Shown here: positions 29,878 to 43,212 of the stretch, piece by piece | How positions within the stretch are numbered: the stretch's first letter is position 1 | How the letters are laid out: each line of letters begins with the position of its first letter | DNA from: Neoechinorhynchus agilis | Taxonomy: Eukaryota; Animalia; Acanthocephala | Direction: 5' to 3' | DNA: 64,000 bases | Assembly (NCBI GenBank): GCA_051530055.1 | Contig: CM121343.1 | Span: 5,860,389 to 5,924,388, forward strand | Notes under the pieces: model-generated | What the model saw: only the letters and a program-made list of their open reading frames with translations | The model's database searches: none | Told to the model about the DNA's origin: nothing | Position numbers and translations under genes: made by a program

Positions 29878-31395
29878 CTACCCAAAGGAACCGCATATTC
29901 TGTCCATTAAGGTAATGGACGAATCCTCGAGGCCGCTTGACGAATCCGAGGTCTCTGAGTTGTTTTTTTGGTTCCATTTGTTTACAATCGGAGTTGTGAG
30001 CCGAAGGACGGAATCTGGACGCCTACGATTCACTTTCTTCTTCTCCTGCTGCTGTTCGTCTGCTTCATCGAGGAGATCGGTCGTACTGATGGAACCTCCC
30101 TTTTCGGCATCACTCTCAGATGCTTTGTCATCCGCGGATGACCACAAGACGTCGGCACCGCCGCCGCCGAGTTGGATGTTAGGACGAATTTCCGGGGACT
30201 CCAGAGCCGAGCTCCAACCAGGAGAGAGTTTTCTCAATCGTTTCTTCTTTTTTGGTTTGTACACAGCTGTCGTCTCGTGATTTACCTCCTCGTCGTTTAA
30301 GATACCTTCAGTTTTCCTTTCTGGTAGAACGTCAGAAAATCCAGCGAGACCACTCAAGCTGGTGGTCTTTATTCGAATATCCATCAATGTTGACCGGCGT
30401 AGTTCGCTTTCATCAAACGGTTGCTGATCAGCTATCGGAAGCGTTTTGGTTCGGACGGGTACAAACGCCCGTTCCTCACCGGCGACCTTTTCGTCATCAT
30501 CGTCAGTCCCAGAGGATGAAAGCATTTCCTTTCCATCAAGAATACACCGGATCCGTTTTTTCGACATACATTCAAGCTGATCAATACATCGCACCCGGAC
30601 ATCTTCCATGTCCCTTTGACGGAGTATATCAGGCATCATTGCATCCAATCTTCTTTGCCCAACACTCTTAAGCATTTCTTCCAACATCTTCTCGCGGTCA
30701 TCAATAAAAGACCAAATCGGCTTCAATTTAATCTTCGAATCGCCCAAAACATCATCATCCTCTTCATCCTTTGATTGGACCCGCTTTGTTCTTCTTCTCT
30801 TCTTCACAATCACTCTTTTTTTCTTACTCTTTCTGCACTCCTCGCAGGACTCAGTGGATGAACACGTAGAACACGACGAGGACGAAGATTTCTTACGTCT
30901 TCTTCTTTTTCGCCGTTTTGAAGAAAGAGACCGCTTCCTTCTCTTCCGCCGATGTTCATCCCTTCCACCAGTTGTGCTTTGAGAGTCATCTTTCAACTGC
31001 TGCTGCTGCTGCTGCTTGTTCACTATTGGATCTTGACCCAAAGTGCCCTGTTGAGCTTGGAAACGCAGATAATTCTTGTACCGCTTCTCAGCCCGCGTGC
31101 TTCGACGACCGCCCCTACCCTTCTCGTCATCTGAATCATGGACTTTTGGTGGTGATTTTGTAAATATATTACGGCCAAGCAGGCGATAACTAAAGTTGAG
31201 ATGCTCCGGAATGTGCTTTATCGGAAACGCTGATTGGTACAAGTCGTTCGACCTGTCCCCTGTCAATCGCCTCATGTAATTCTCATGGAACTTCTGATGA
31301 AATGCACTCTGCGATAGACCCGGACGACTTGGTGACGACCGACGACGGTCATGTCGACCTTCACCACTGTTATCGCGCCTACGGAAGGAGCTCAT
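29878..31395 (-). CDS. CAAP1: CAAP1-like protein with long low-complexity flanks
   Basis: LKPIWSFIDDREKMLEEMLKSVGQRRLDAMMPDILR...CIDQLECMSKKRIRCILDG matches the CAAP1 conserved domain. Confidence 0.8.
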   Translation of the reverse strand: MSSFRRRDNSGEGRHDRRRSSPSRPGLSQSAFHQKFHENYMRRLTGDRSNDLYQSAFPIKHIPEHLNFSYRLLGRNIFTKSPPKVHDSDDEKGRGGRRSTRAEKRYKNYLRFQAQQGTLGQDPIVNKQQQQQQLKDDSQSTTGGRDEHRRKRRKRSLSSKRRKRRRRKKSSSSSCSTCSSTESCEECRKSKKKRVIVKKRRRTKRVQSKDEEDDDVLGDSKIKLKPIWSFIDDREKMLEEMLKSVGQRRLDAMMPDILRQRDMEDVRVRCIDQLECMSKKRIRCILDGKEMLSSSGTDDDDEKVAGEERAFVPVRTKTLPIADQQPFDESELRRSTLMDIRIKTTSLSGLAGFSDVLPERKTEGILNDEEVNHETTAVYKPKKKKRLRKLSPGWSSALESPEIRPNIQLGGGGADVLWSSADDKASESDAEKGGSISTTDLLDEADEQQQEKKKVNRRRPDSVLRLTTPIVNKWNQKNNSETSDSSSGLEDSSITLMDRICGSFG

Positions 31396-31989
31396 CGCGA
31401 TGCCCGATTGTGGAGAAAAGAACGAATCGAGAATATTTTCAGAATTCTTCCGGGTCACGTGACGTAACATGCAGGTACGCTTTTGTTATTTTCGGTCACC
31501 ACGTTCATATCTAATTAACACAAAATCATTTCTGAATCTATTCGATGTGAGTAAGCAACAAATATTCGCTTATTCATCTCGATTTTGACGGTCAAGGTGC
31601 TCATTGAACTATCTCATTGGACCTTTTTTGATTGCTTGAAATCGCGAAATCCACACTGCGCAAACGGCTCATCCATGCAAACAACATTTTTTCCACGGTG
31701 ACGTAAGTCGCAATAAGCGGTTCTGATATGCACGTGTCGAAATTGTATCATTGCGCGCTCGCGCGTACTAAACCCGATTTCTAATGACCGTTTGTTCCAA
31801 TTAAGAGCTCCGTGTTAGGTTCTAAAGAGAATTCTCACGTGTAGATGTCTGTTTTCGACCGTTTTTAAAATTCGAGGCACATTAAAGTGAAAAACCTTTT
31901 TAATTTCTCTACAGCCGAAAAAAAGAACTCTGGAGATTGCCCATTTAAAAATCTTCTAAAGAATTTCTATTTGTCGATAGGAGAGATTT

Positions 31990-32270
31990 GATATTTCGAT
32001 CCGAATATTTAAAAACTTACAAGCAATCGTTGAAGAAGATCCGAGATAGTGGATCGAAATATCCAATAAATTCTTAATTTCATTTATTTTCTCCTATCGA
32101 CAGAAACGAATCAACGCGGCGACTGGAGAGCCAAGATCGACGTCGTTCGCAAAAAATAAGCATTACGGTGCAGCGGGACAATGCGGCTAGCATTTTGGCC
32201 AGCGCCGATGAATAGGAGCGCTGATGACTTGCTTTAAAAAAAATAACAATGAATTATCTTTTCAACATAA
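31990..32270. repeat. Dispersed repeat related to 41893-41990 and to the 8-9.6 kb tandem unit
   Basis: gaagaagatccgaga.agtggatcgaaatatccaataaa and aacaatgaattatcttttcaac are shared with 41.9 kb; gaatatttaaaaac.tacaagcaat is shared with the tandem unit. Confidence 0.7.
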
Positions 32271-32325
32271 AGAATTTCTCTTATTTCTGTCTAAAAAATC
32301 TTTAAAAGAATCCGGATCACCGTAG

Positions 32326-35300
32326 ATGTTCGATGGACGCGAGGCGGTTAGTGCTATTGACGGATGGTTCCCGCTTCAAAGCAAAGTTGATTTGGACGAC
32401 GATATTAAACGGGATTTGGCCGCATAGTTAGCAGAAAGATCCTTTGTCGAGTTTTTCTGATTATATTTGTTATTTAGTCGATTTCCAAACGATCTCGAAT
32501 ACAGATCAGTCGAAGGTGTGGTAATATCCGGTATCGGCGAACCTCATGTCACATGCAATAATTTGGAAATGATCGGCTCGAGCGATGGGTCACAAGTATG
32601 CTTTTTTTAGTCTTAATACCACCATCACCATCATCACCAATAGGATTTCAGTAGTTTTGATGAAATCTTTGATCTCGAGACGGAAACTGTCCCTCAAACG
32701 ACTCCAATTCCTGATATTCAAATCGGTCCGACATTCTCAGTACCTGAGCGTGAGCTCGAGGACCAAAGTGTTCAGATTATGAATGATTCTACATGTGAAG
32801 ATATCTATGATATGCTTCTATCCAATCAATGGCTAAGAGAAGACATTCCGGACTTTATTGTGGATTTTACAAATAAGGTACTTTTGTCATTTAAGAGCGC
32901 TTAGTTTCTTAGTTTGCAAGGTCCCTGAAAATAAAACACTGGCGGTACCACAAGCAGAGTTTGATGTTACTCGCAATGAAGCTGAACGAAATGATGTTTG
33001 GGTTGTTCAAGAGCGTTTCGATCCTGTTGAATTTGAAAAGATCCGTCCATTTCTTTGTCATGTGTGGCCATTTGAACTTGATGAATTCCAAAAGCAAGCG
33101 ATACTTTGTCTTGATAGATCCGAGTGCGTTTTGGTTGCTGCTCACACATCAGCCGGAAAGACAGTTGTTGCTGAATATGCCATCGCACTCACATTGGCCC
33201 ATAAAACCCGGTGCTTTTATTGTTCGCCGATCAAGGCACTTTCAAATCAAAAATACCGGGAATTCAGGCGAACTTTTGGTGATGTTGGATTGGTTACGGG
33301 GGACGTAAAAATTAATCCGGATGCAGGGTGCGTCATTATGACCACTGAAATATTGAGAACCATGCTGTATAATAGAAAAGACGATATATTTAATCTTGAG
33401 TACTTAATTTTTGACGAAGTTCATTACGTGAATGACTACGAACGTGGAATGGTTTGGGAAGAGGTATTCATTCTGATACCTTCACGGGTTAACATTGTAA
33501 TGTTGAGTGCGACCGTTTCGAATGCTAATGAATTCGCTCAATGGGTTGGATCTACAAAGAAACGCCCCGTTCATTTGATCACTACACCTCGCAGACCTGT
33601 TCCACTTAAGCACTACATCTACACCGGAATCAACAGTCAAACTCAAAGAGAGTTATTTTTATTGCAAGAACAAGACAAACAATTTGACCTGTCCGCCTAC
33701 TCAGCAGCAAAGGAAGCATACGAAAAACGTAATCCACACGGAGGATGTCCTTTATCCCATGGACAATCGAGACAAGCATGGTTAAACATTATACGATTTC
33801 TCGAGCGTGATTGCTTATTACCCGCCATCGCATTTTGTTTCTCGAGAGCCAAAATCGACAGAATCGTTCGGCAAGTGGATCGGTTGCAGTTGAATACACT
33901 CAAAGAACGCGAATTAGTCTTAAAATATAAAAGGTATTTACTAGTAGGAGTGCCGGACGCTGACAAATTGATCGATCAGATCAGCTTTATTGGAGACATG
34001 ACAGAGAGAGGCATAGGTATCCACCATAGCGGTCTTTTACCCATACTGAAAGAATACGTGGAATATCTTTTCTGTGTTGGCTTAATAAAATTACTCATTG
34101 CCACTGAGACCTTCGCGATGGGAGTTAACATGCCGGCCCGCACTGTTGTTTTCGCTGACATTGACAAGTTTGACGGACAAGTCTGGAGAAACCTATACGC
34201 CGGCGAATACATACAAATGAGCGGTCGTGCCGGTCGGCGAGGTCTCGATCATGCTGGCAATGTTATCATCCTTTGCCAAGAAAATATGCCGGATTCAGAG
34301 GTGTTGCAACTCTTGATAAATGGTCAACCTACTCCACTCCTATCGAAATTTCGGTTGAACTTCAATGTAATACTCAACATTGAAAGAAATCAAACCTTTT
34401 CAGTATTGGATATGGTAAAATCTAGTTTTGGCCAATATGCAGAACAGTGTTCAAGTATCATAAATGTTCAAAAACTGACTCATCTTCAAAGTCAAAAACA
34501 GAAATTCGCCGCTATCAATGAAGCGCCTCTGAGATGCCTGCATAATTAATTTTTTCGCAAAAATAACCCACTAAAAAACTTTTTGGGCGATTACTCTTCG
34601 AAACTTCAAAGTTATGCCGACATCTTTTAATTCGGTAAGTTCATGTCCGTACTGTTCAAAGTCTACAGGGAATTCGCATAAGGAGAATTTATCCGGTGAA
34701 GGTGGCATTGCTCCAAAGATGGCTATTAGAGAATACGTTGAGAAGTGCGTGGAATTTTGGACAATGAAGAGCAAATACGTTGATTTGCCGCTGTTTGCGA
34801 AATTTATGAACAACACAAAGCTGAATCGTAGAGGACAGTGTGTTTATGTGATTACTCCGAAATGGACAATGGTAAAAGCAGTGTTGTCGAGGCAATTAAA
34901 TACGAACGATCAAGAGTTGGAAGTCTTTGTTCCCCGTTCATGCGTTGACGAGTCTCCGAAAACATTCATTGCCGTGAACGATATCAATCAATATTATCCG
35001 GTGATGCCTCTTTACATGGGTCCGTACAGTGACTTTGTGACGACGAAGATTAAACGCGAATGGCTGATCGGAGTTTTGAATGAGACATTATCGGGGCAGG
35101 ATATTGCCTATATCCAATCGTCTCAATATCAAGGACAGACGTTCGCAAATCGCTTCGAAGCGAAGGGAGCGATAGAACGCATGTTGAAAATACTTCAATC
35201 CAAGTTCTCTAGAACCACTCAAAATAGCATGAATAGAGTTGATGAATTGTTAGAAGAACTCACGTCGTTTGAAGTTCTTGCATGTCCTAATTTCTGGGAA

Positions 35301-36008
35301 CATTTCCACTTGGATCAATGCATGTTTGCGATCGAAAAGAAGATTAAATTTCTTGAAGATACGACGTCGGATGAAAATCATTACTGTCGCCAGGAGTACA
35401 TTAGACGAGTGAAATTACTGCAGCATCTACATTATATTACTCGTAATGGAACACTCACAAAAAAAGGAATAGCCACTTCTCAAATTGCTGAAAGTGAACT
35501 CCTCTTAATGGAATTGACAATGGATGGATTTTTCGATGACTATTCCAATGCGATTATAGCTGGGGTTGTATCTGCACTCGCTGTGGGTCGTAGCAATGCG
35601 CCAAAAAGGGAAAACACGAAGTTGAACTGGGAAAATCAGGAAATGGTGACTGAAGCCGAAAAATTGATGTATTCTGCGAAAGAGCATTTGCTTAAGGTAT
35701 CACATAGGCTCGATGAACTAATTGAAATGTACGAGATCGAAAATGAGGATAAAGGCATGTATAATTGGGATTACATGGTGCCCACGTATTTATGGGCAAA
35801 GAAAATGAACTTCAAACTCATAAGCAATTTAACTTATCTACAGGAAGGCCTACTCGTGAGGTGCATTCTGAGAGTGTCAGAGATATTAAGAAGTGTTCAA
35901 CTTGCTACTACGCATATGGGATTCGATGAGGTCGCACAGAAGATTGGAGTTATAATTACAAGCCTTAGAAGAGATATTGCGTTCATTCCGAGCCTTTATA
36001 CGCAATAA
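32326..36008 (+). CDS. SKIV2L: Ski2-like DExH RNA helicase (5' end uncertain)
   Basis: WPFELDEFQKQA, AAHTSAGKTVVAEYA, SPIKALSNQKYR, DEVHY, LSAT, ATETFAMGVNMPARTVVF, QMSGRAGRRGLD and the C-terminal DSHCT ending RRDIAFIPSLY. Confidence 0.95.
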
Positions 36009-36215
36009 GTCTCGATTTTATCTAAATAAATTCGATTCGTTTATAATTGAAGCGTTTTAACAGTCCTAAAGATGGGGATCCTTATGAAACTTTGTGAGTT
36101 TTGCACATCTCAATATTAAGGAATTAGCAGGGAAAATGCGCCCGTTCAGAGGCGCTAAATTTTCATCTGAGAAAAATCTTAAGTGCGGGTACGTCATCGA
36201 TCCGCTGTTTATTGA

Positions 36216-36340
36216 AATTTTGTTCCTTTTGGCGTCGAGTCACTCGGGTCGTTTGGTATCGCGGCGCTGGACCTGGTCAAACATTTTTCCAAAAGAGCAA
36301 AACATAAATCTGGCTGATCCGTCCTTTGGATGTTTTTAGA
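36216..36340 (+). mobile_element. Degenerate CRE-type non-LTR retrotransposon endonuclease fragment
   Basis: The frame reads FVPFGVESLGSFGIAALDLVKHFSKRA, similar to the motif at 37.2-37.7 kb; stop codons flank it. Confidence 0.6.
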
Positions 36341-36732
36341 ACTCTTTATGCTAAACAAACATCATTTAATGACTCAATAATCAATACCAGCAGAATTGTG
36401 CAAAATAGTTAAGAACTTTAATTAAAATCTATGTGCATAAATTGGAAAAGCGTTTTGCATTGACGGGTGTCCATTTGGGGATTATGGTAATTAATAGATG
36501 AATTAACACAAAAATTTAAATGAATCCAGAAATGTTTTATCAAACTGTAGACTATTCTTTGCTCATAAATTGTCCCAAAGTATTAAGAAATTTTAATCCA
36601 TAAGAGGGATTCTTGCGAATAATGTCTTATGCCAGGCAATCTTGAACTTTCATCAAAGCAGCTCCTTTGTATCGACAAAAATAGATTTATTTGGGAATTA
36701 TTGTTTAGAAGTCTACTCTCGCAGTCGAAATA

Positions 36733-36826
36733 ATTATTTCGATTAAAGACGTCCTGCGAAGCTCGCCGGGTCAAACTGAGTTGATGAACCCGACGAGGTT
36801 CGCAGAACGTCGTTAATCGAAATAAT
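36733..36826. repeat. ~94-bp imperfect palindrome (hairpin)
   Basis: ttatttcgattaaagacgtcctgcgaagctcgccgggtc pairs with gaacccgacgaggttcgcagaacgtcgttaatcgaaataa. Confidence 0.8.
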
Positions 36827-37166
36827 CATTTACCGCGAGTGTAGATTTCTAAACAATAATGCTCTAATCACATTCCCCCCCCGGTACCTCCTCGCACATT
36901 TCGACAGATTTTTTTATATTTAATCGCACATACACATATTCAATTCGATTGCTTGAGTGGAAAGATCTAAATTTAATTAAAAGAAAGAGAAGCAAGGCAA
37001 TGATGCCGAGAGTAGGAGTGGTGTCCTCAATCACCACCCCTTGTTTCCGAACAAATGGTGGTGGCACTTACTCGTTAAGAAGTGTTTTGCTGAAGAATAT
37101 TTTTAATCTGTCATTAAGGACTAAGACAACAAGGGTTAAAGAATATTTCTTTCATTTTTGTATAAT

Positions 37167-37692
37167 AAATGTATTCAATCAATCTTCATTTCTCGACAAT
37201 TAACACACTCACCACCTCCCGCCGAATTCCAGCTTTTGTCCTTCCTCGACCGTCGCCATCACGCTGGCAGCATTGCCCCGTTGTACTGCTAGCGAGATAT
37301 TTTGTCGAAGGAATACGCCTGCTCTTGAGTCTCCGGTTGCCTCTCTCAATTTCTTCGAGAGATCCTGGAGCAAAGAGAGTGCCGAGCGCTCCAAACGTCT
37401 CTACCCGAAAGGGGACAAAATAGTGAGCCCTCGATAAGTGAAGATATTTCCGTATTTTCCTCCCTTCCGCTGCACTGGCGGCACCACCAGCGATTTCGAG
37501 AGAGTAGGGGATGTTGCTTTCTACGAGGGTGTCCACACCCGTGGCGTCCCAGAGAAGACATTTGCCCTCCCGCCATGGGAAGACCGAAATTCCATCGGAC
37601 CTACGGCCGTCTAGTCTACAGAGGTGGGCGGGTTCCAGGATGCTCGGGAAGTTCGCCGTTCTCAACGCCCGAGAAATTGCGTAGGTAAACAT
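37167..37692 (-). mobile_element. 5'-truncated CRE-clade non-LTR retrotransposon (restriction-like endonuclease C-terminus plus 3' end), frameshifted
   Basis: DGRRSDGISVFPWREGKCLLWDATGVDTL...KIRKY...FVPFRVETFGALG, then in another frame SALSLLQDLSKKLREATGDSRAGVFLRQNISLAVQRGNA. Confidence 0.8.
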
Positions 37693-38437
37693 TTTCTAAA
37701 AGATAATTGGGTGGGGATGATAAAATAATAAAATAGATTGAAACTCGTGCTACCTACCAATCCACATTGGTTGATTTTCAGAAAGCCGCCAACGTAATCG
37801 AGTTTACGTGACATTTAAACTACAAATTCTTATCTGGAATGTCGGATATCTTCAAACTTGATTTTATTTATCAATGATAAGATTTTCTATGTAAAAAATG
37901 TTATCTAAAATAGATTTAATCGTGACTTCTCATTCCGGGCGTTTGGATATGGAACAGTAAGCGCAAAAGACGTTTTTGTGTAAAGAGAAAACGTAAGCCG
38001 ACTTCAATGTGAAGATTATAAGCTAACAACTCATTGTAAGGTAATCCCGACAAACACTCATGCACATTATAGTGTAATAAAGATATCAGACAATAGTTAT
38101 AGAACTTTTTTTAGCCTATACGATCGCTGGTATTTTTATGAGCCAAAATAAGAATTTAGGACTGAGAAAAATGAAGTGGGAATCAACAAATATCCATAGT
38201 AATTGTACGTGCAACCAAAATATAAAAACTAAAGAAATAATTTCAGCACAGTGTAATGGTTCATCATCGTCCACCCAATAATCAATCAATGCCAAAAGAG
38301 CTTTCTATGTCGATAAAATATGTTATATCGTTAGTTGTATTTCATTACCTACTGATTGCTCCCGAGATAGAGCATGAGAATAGATGATGAGGTAATGATG
38401 ACTCAAATGGCACTTTTTGTCATTTCATACATGACGG

Positions 38438-41075
38438 TTAGTACCACTCGGTACCTCCATACATGAATGATGGGGCCTTGTTCGCACCACCAGGTCCTCC
38501 TCGGTCCTCATTATTGGCAGGTTGTGGATGATTTAGTCCATCGTCAACTTGTTGGATTGCAGCCAGATTCGAGCTATTCCACGAATGATCAAAGTCTTCA
38601 TCGGCGGACACGCTACAACGCCCGAGTAACGATCCTGGGAGGCGTACCGCTGGTGGCTGTAACCCTGGAGGAGCTTCGTTCGCAGAAGTTACACAGTTTG
38701 CGAATGTTCCCGGGGTAAATCTATCGTAACCAATGTGAGATTCACTCGGTTGATTTAACATTAACGAGGTATAAGGTGGACTAGAATGTCCTCCCCCAGG
38801 AGAGGGTTGGTCGGGGATGGTGGTTGCCCCAAAGGGCGAGCAAGAAGTACTGAATATCGCGCTTAGAGTTGTCTGTTCAAGCGAGAGACTTGATATAGGC
38901 AAAGGAGAGTTCCGCGACCAATCAGATGTTCCTCTTGGAACGGACGAAGTTCCCGATCCGTGGTGAGAAAACCCACCATTCGCAGTACCGTTGTTATTGT
39001 CGTGTGCAAATCTTGGTCGTGTTGGCGATGGCAACTGATTGGACTCCGGTGGTTCCAACAATGACAGTGAAGCAGCAATAGGTCCAATGATACTGTTGAG
39101 AATGCCTCCAGGAACAAACTTCCTCAATAATGAAATGAGATTAGCGTTGAAGACTTGAAGATCTCTATTCTTATACTGAAAATGGAGGTTCTCCTGCTTT
39201 AGCTGCTCATATTCGATTAATATCTTATTGCACCGATCGACCTCAGTTCTTACTTTATGCTCAAGGCTGATCAATTCAGTTCGCAATCGATTCGCTTCAT
39301 CAACAAGACGTTTGTTTTTACCCAAAATTTCTTCGATTTCCACACGAAGATGGCTATTAGATAATTCATAGCCACTGACTGCATCGTTGTGAAGTTGCTC
39401 AGTATCCGCCAATTGTTCCGTCTTCGCTAATAATTTTCGCGACAAATCTTCCTTTGTAATTGATATATCGGCAAGTTGTTCCTTCAGCTTCCTATTACTG
39501 TTCAAGGCATTTTCCTCCTTAATTTTCTGTTCCTCCAAAGACTTTTTGGTTATTTCGAGTTTTTCTTGTAGGTTCTTAACCTCTTGCTCTAAGGCAGTAA
39601 TTGTAGTCTTATTCAGTTGGTCATTGCAGGAAATGCGCTTAATCCTATTGTACAACTCGTCCTTTTCACGTTTATCAGCCTTGCATCTTGTAACTTCAGA
39701 CTGTAGAGTGTTGTTTTCGGCTCGAAGTTGGCCTTCTGACGACCTTAATCGCTGTAGTTCGTTTTGAAGTTTTCGGATATTATCCTGCAGTTTAGCTACT
39801 TCGTCCATTCTGCGTTTGGTGTTCAGTTTCGGCATGCCGTTTATGTCGCATTGGACACTAGTGTTCAAAAACACTTTTTTCCTTTCAATGTCAATTTGAG
39901 CAAACGTAGGTCCGTATTCGGCATGAGAATGGCGATCCGGCGACACACGATCGCACCCTGCACCGATTCGTTCAACTTCAGCAGTATCTTGGCCGTTGTT
40001 TGTTTTGATCGGTGGTGGATCCAAGAAAGCACGACGGAAATAAAGTGCTAGGATGCGATTTACATTGAGTGCGCAAAAGAAGCTGCGCGTGAATGAGATG
40101 AGCTTCAGTACCCGAGCGGCTGTAAGCAATAACAAGTGCTTGCGGGTTCGAGTCTTAATTAAAGAAAAATTTGAACATGGTGATGGATGATATTTAGAGA
40201 AGTACCCAATCTCGTCCCGAAGCATAGTAAGTGCTACGGAATCGGTTTCGTATTGCACATAGTATTGCCATAAGTGGATAAACAAGACTAAAGTGGAATA
40301 TTTCAGTTTTTCGTTGATGAAATGAACGCTATGATCTCACGTACACGTTGACCATTACAAAATGCCACCATCTGAACCAATTATTGTCGGTAAAGCACGG
40401 AACGTGATTACATAGATAAATCATGAGTATCCAAAGCAGGACCACGCATGCGAAGCTACATGTCGGGGACATTGTTAATGTACTGGACGGTATTGTAAAG
40501 AGGGCTAAATAAAAAAAGAGTATCGGCGAGTTTAGAATGTAGGTGAATAGGTGGATATGGTGACTAACCCGAAGTTTTGAACAGTTGAATGCAGAGGAAC
40601 GTGATTGCGGCTACGGCTAGCCACCGGAGTGGAATAACGACGCACATTACGAAATCAGAAAATAAGGAGGCGAGAAGGAACGTTAGACCAAACATGCATC
40701 CATGGTACTTCCAAGCATCATAAGAATTCTTGGCGTAGACAAACAAAGGCCATAGGAACTCCGCTCGAAACTCGACAGTCATATCAAAGACAATCACAAC
40801 TGCCCACAATGCAAGCAGTTTCATGAGTGCCGATGAGTAGCTAAAAATCGGTGGTGGATTACGTGCGCTCAGTTCTAATGGAACGAACATGCAAAAAACC
40901 CGGGTCCCACCGGATACTCGGGAGGGGAAAGGGGCCATGCAGCACTAGAAAGAAGCCCTCCATGCTCACACGCGACTCACTTGTTGCTGCTTATTTCTTC
41001 AGATAGCGTTGACGACGACAGCCTCATCGATTTCCGGAGAGCTGCTCTGGTGGTCGGACGACGTTGAGCAGTCAT
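38438..41075 (-). CDS. MACO1: Macoilin (TM N-terminus, long coiled coil)
   Basis: Exon 1 MTAQRRPTTRAALRKSMR...; exon 2 KLLALWAVVIVFDMTVEFRAEFLWP...KYHG matches the macoilin EFRFEYLWP motif; the downstream ORF is a long coiled coil. Confidence 0.88.
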
Positions 41076-42071
41076 GTTCCTTTACGGAAAACGGACTCGT
41101 GAATACTTGAACAAGTAGTTGGGCGTGCGGGGCGTGGGGTGGTGGGGAGGAAGGGGAAAGAGAGAATAAACGCGTGCGCACGATACAGTTGGAGTATTCA
41201 CGTGCCATCATTGCTCTTGCCGGAAATGGCCCATCGTGACGTAAGACGTACGCAACTCCTTTAATAACCATTATGACAGCACGCCGCCGCCGCCGCCGCC
41301 AGAGAAGCAACAAAAACGAAACCAATCGCAGAAGTGGCGTGCAATATCGCAAAAGTGAAATCCAAATTAAAGTCTCTCGCTTTGTGTGTGTGACAACGCG
41401 CTGCTGCTGCTGCTGTTGCTGCTTCCATGTAGCCGAAATGCCGCCGCCGCCGCCACCGCCTGCTAATACCGCTTCCTTCTCCTTGTTGTGTGTGTGCATG
41501 ATGATATGTCAGAGGAATAGCGGGAGAAGAGGCTTCCACCACTTCTGCTTTGATACCCTTCTCTCATTCCTCCTACATCCGCCGGATGCAAACGCACACA
41601 CACACACACACGAATATTGATCTCCACTATTTTCATATGTCGAATTAACAGCGACACGAATCTCTCGAAACCAATCCTCTATTTTGAAAATGACCACCAT
41701 TTGTGGACCCACAACTTTAATCGACTAATGCAAAAAGACCTGAATATGCCTCACAAATTTATTATTGAACATTGGGCACTTATGCCACTGAACATTTGAA
41801 CAAACCTAGACACAGTCTTGTTATTTGTTCATAGGAGACAGAAATTAAGATTTTATTTTCAGCGATTGTTTGTTAGTAATGGACGCTATCGCTGAAGAAG
41901 ATCCGAGACAGTGGATCGAAATATCCAATAAAATCTTAATTTCGTTTATCTCTCCCATCAACAAGTAACAATGAATTATCTTTTCAACACACAATCTCGT
42001 GTTTTTATCAAGGTTAAAAGTGTTTTGAACGATAAAAACACAATCTTGTTTACCCAAATATCCGACTTTAT

Positions 42072-42236
42072 AAATTGCCTTTATAATCGTTGTGTAGTGG
42101 CCATAAAAATTGTGTTAATAAATTGAAATTTTTCCGTCAATCCAAAGCCTTTAATTTTTCTTCGAAAACAATCTTATATCGATTCAATAAATTTACGTAA
42201 TTCTTGTCGCCACTACACAATAATCATAAGCAATTT
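42072..42236. repeat. Imperfect palindrome (old MITE-like element)
   Basis: aaattgcc...ttgtgtagtggc...aataaattgaa versus ttcaataaattt...gccactacacaa...gcaattt. Confidence 0.7.
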
Positions 42237-43212
42237 CATTTTTCAATTTTTTTTCTGATTGTTTCCAATTACATGGCATTTCAGTCCATCGTTTGACTTT
42301 CCCACATAAATATTCTCGAAGTTCATTTTGACTGTTAACAATAAAAATCTCGCGTTCTCAAACTGTGATGGTTAAAAAATCAATAAGCACAAATTACGAT
42401 TAAAAGCACCACCTTTGACAATGAAAACTCACGTTCAATATTTTGCATCACTCATAAAATCAATGAAATTAAAAATAATGAGCGCTGTAATTCGTAGCTC
42501 TTTAAAGCTAAAATATCAATTTAAAAATTTAGAACAACAACAATAATTCATTGTGAGATGTCAATAAGGGAATCTAGACGGAAAGGTAAACAAAAACCAT
42601 GAGCTACAAATAAGCTCGAACAGAATTTCTCTACTTTAAATGAAACGACATTGCCTCCAAAATCACCGCACGAGAAAATCGATGGAATTCCGGATTTACT
42701 GACGTGGCGTGAGTTCGTGGACGAGGAAGAAGGTCGAGCAAACACCAGTGCACTGAGGAGAATAGTTTCTAAGATTGGCTCTCTCACGAATCAATCATTC
42801 GTTATTCGTTAAAAATCATCAATATTCTCAGTTATCAGACGTTGGTGAATCAGATATTTAAAATACTTTACCGTCTTACGACGTGACCGTCTTCAATTTT
42901 TCTCCTTAGTTTCATTCCACAGACTTCAAAAAACAGACATTTCCATATTTGTGGCAACCTTTCTCTCGGTTTGAGACAAAACGTTATGAAACAATGGCTG
43001 ACTTGGCACAAAAATCATAAAGGTACTTTGATATCATTAAAACTAGGCGACAAAATAGTTGAAAGCTTCTTTGCATCCATATTACCATTTTTCAAAAAAA
43101 CAACAACAATCGATTTTATTGCCAAAATAACTCATGTGTTCTGAGAGCAGAACGAACGCTTTGAGAGCTACATGAGTCGCAGATTTTGTGAGCTTTAGGG
43201 TTCTTACTACAC

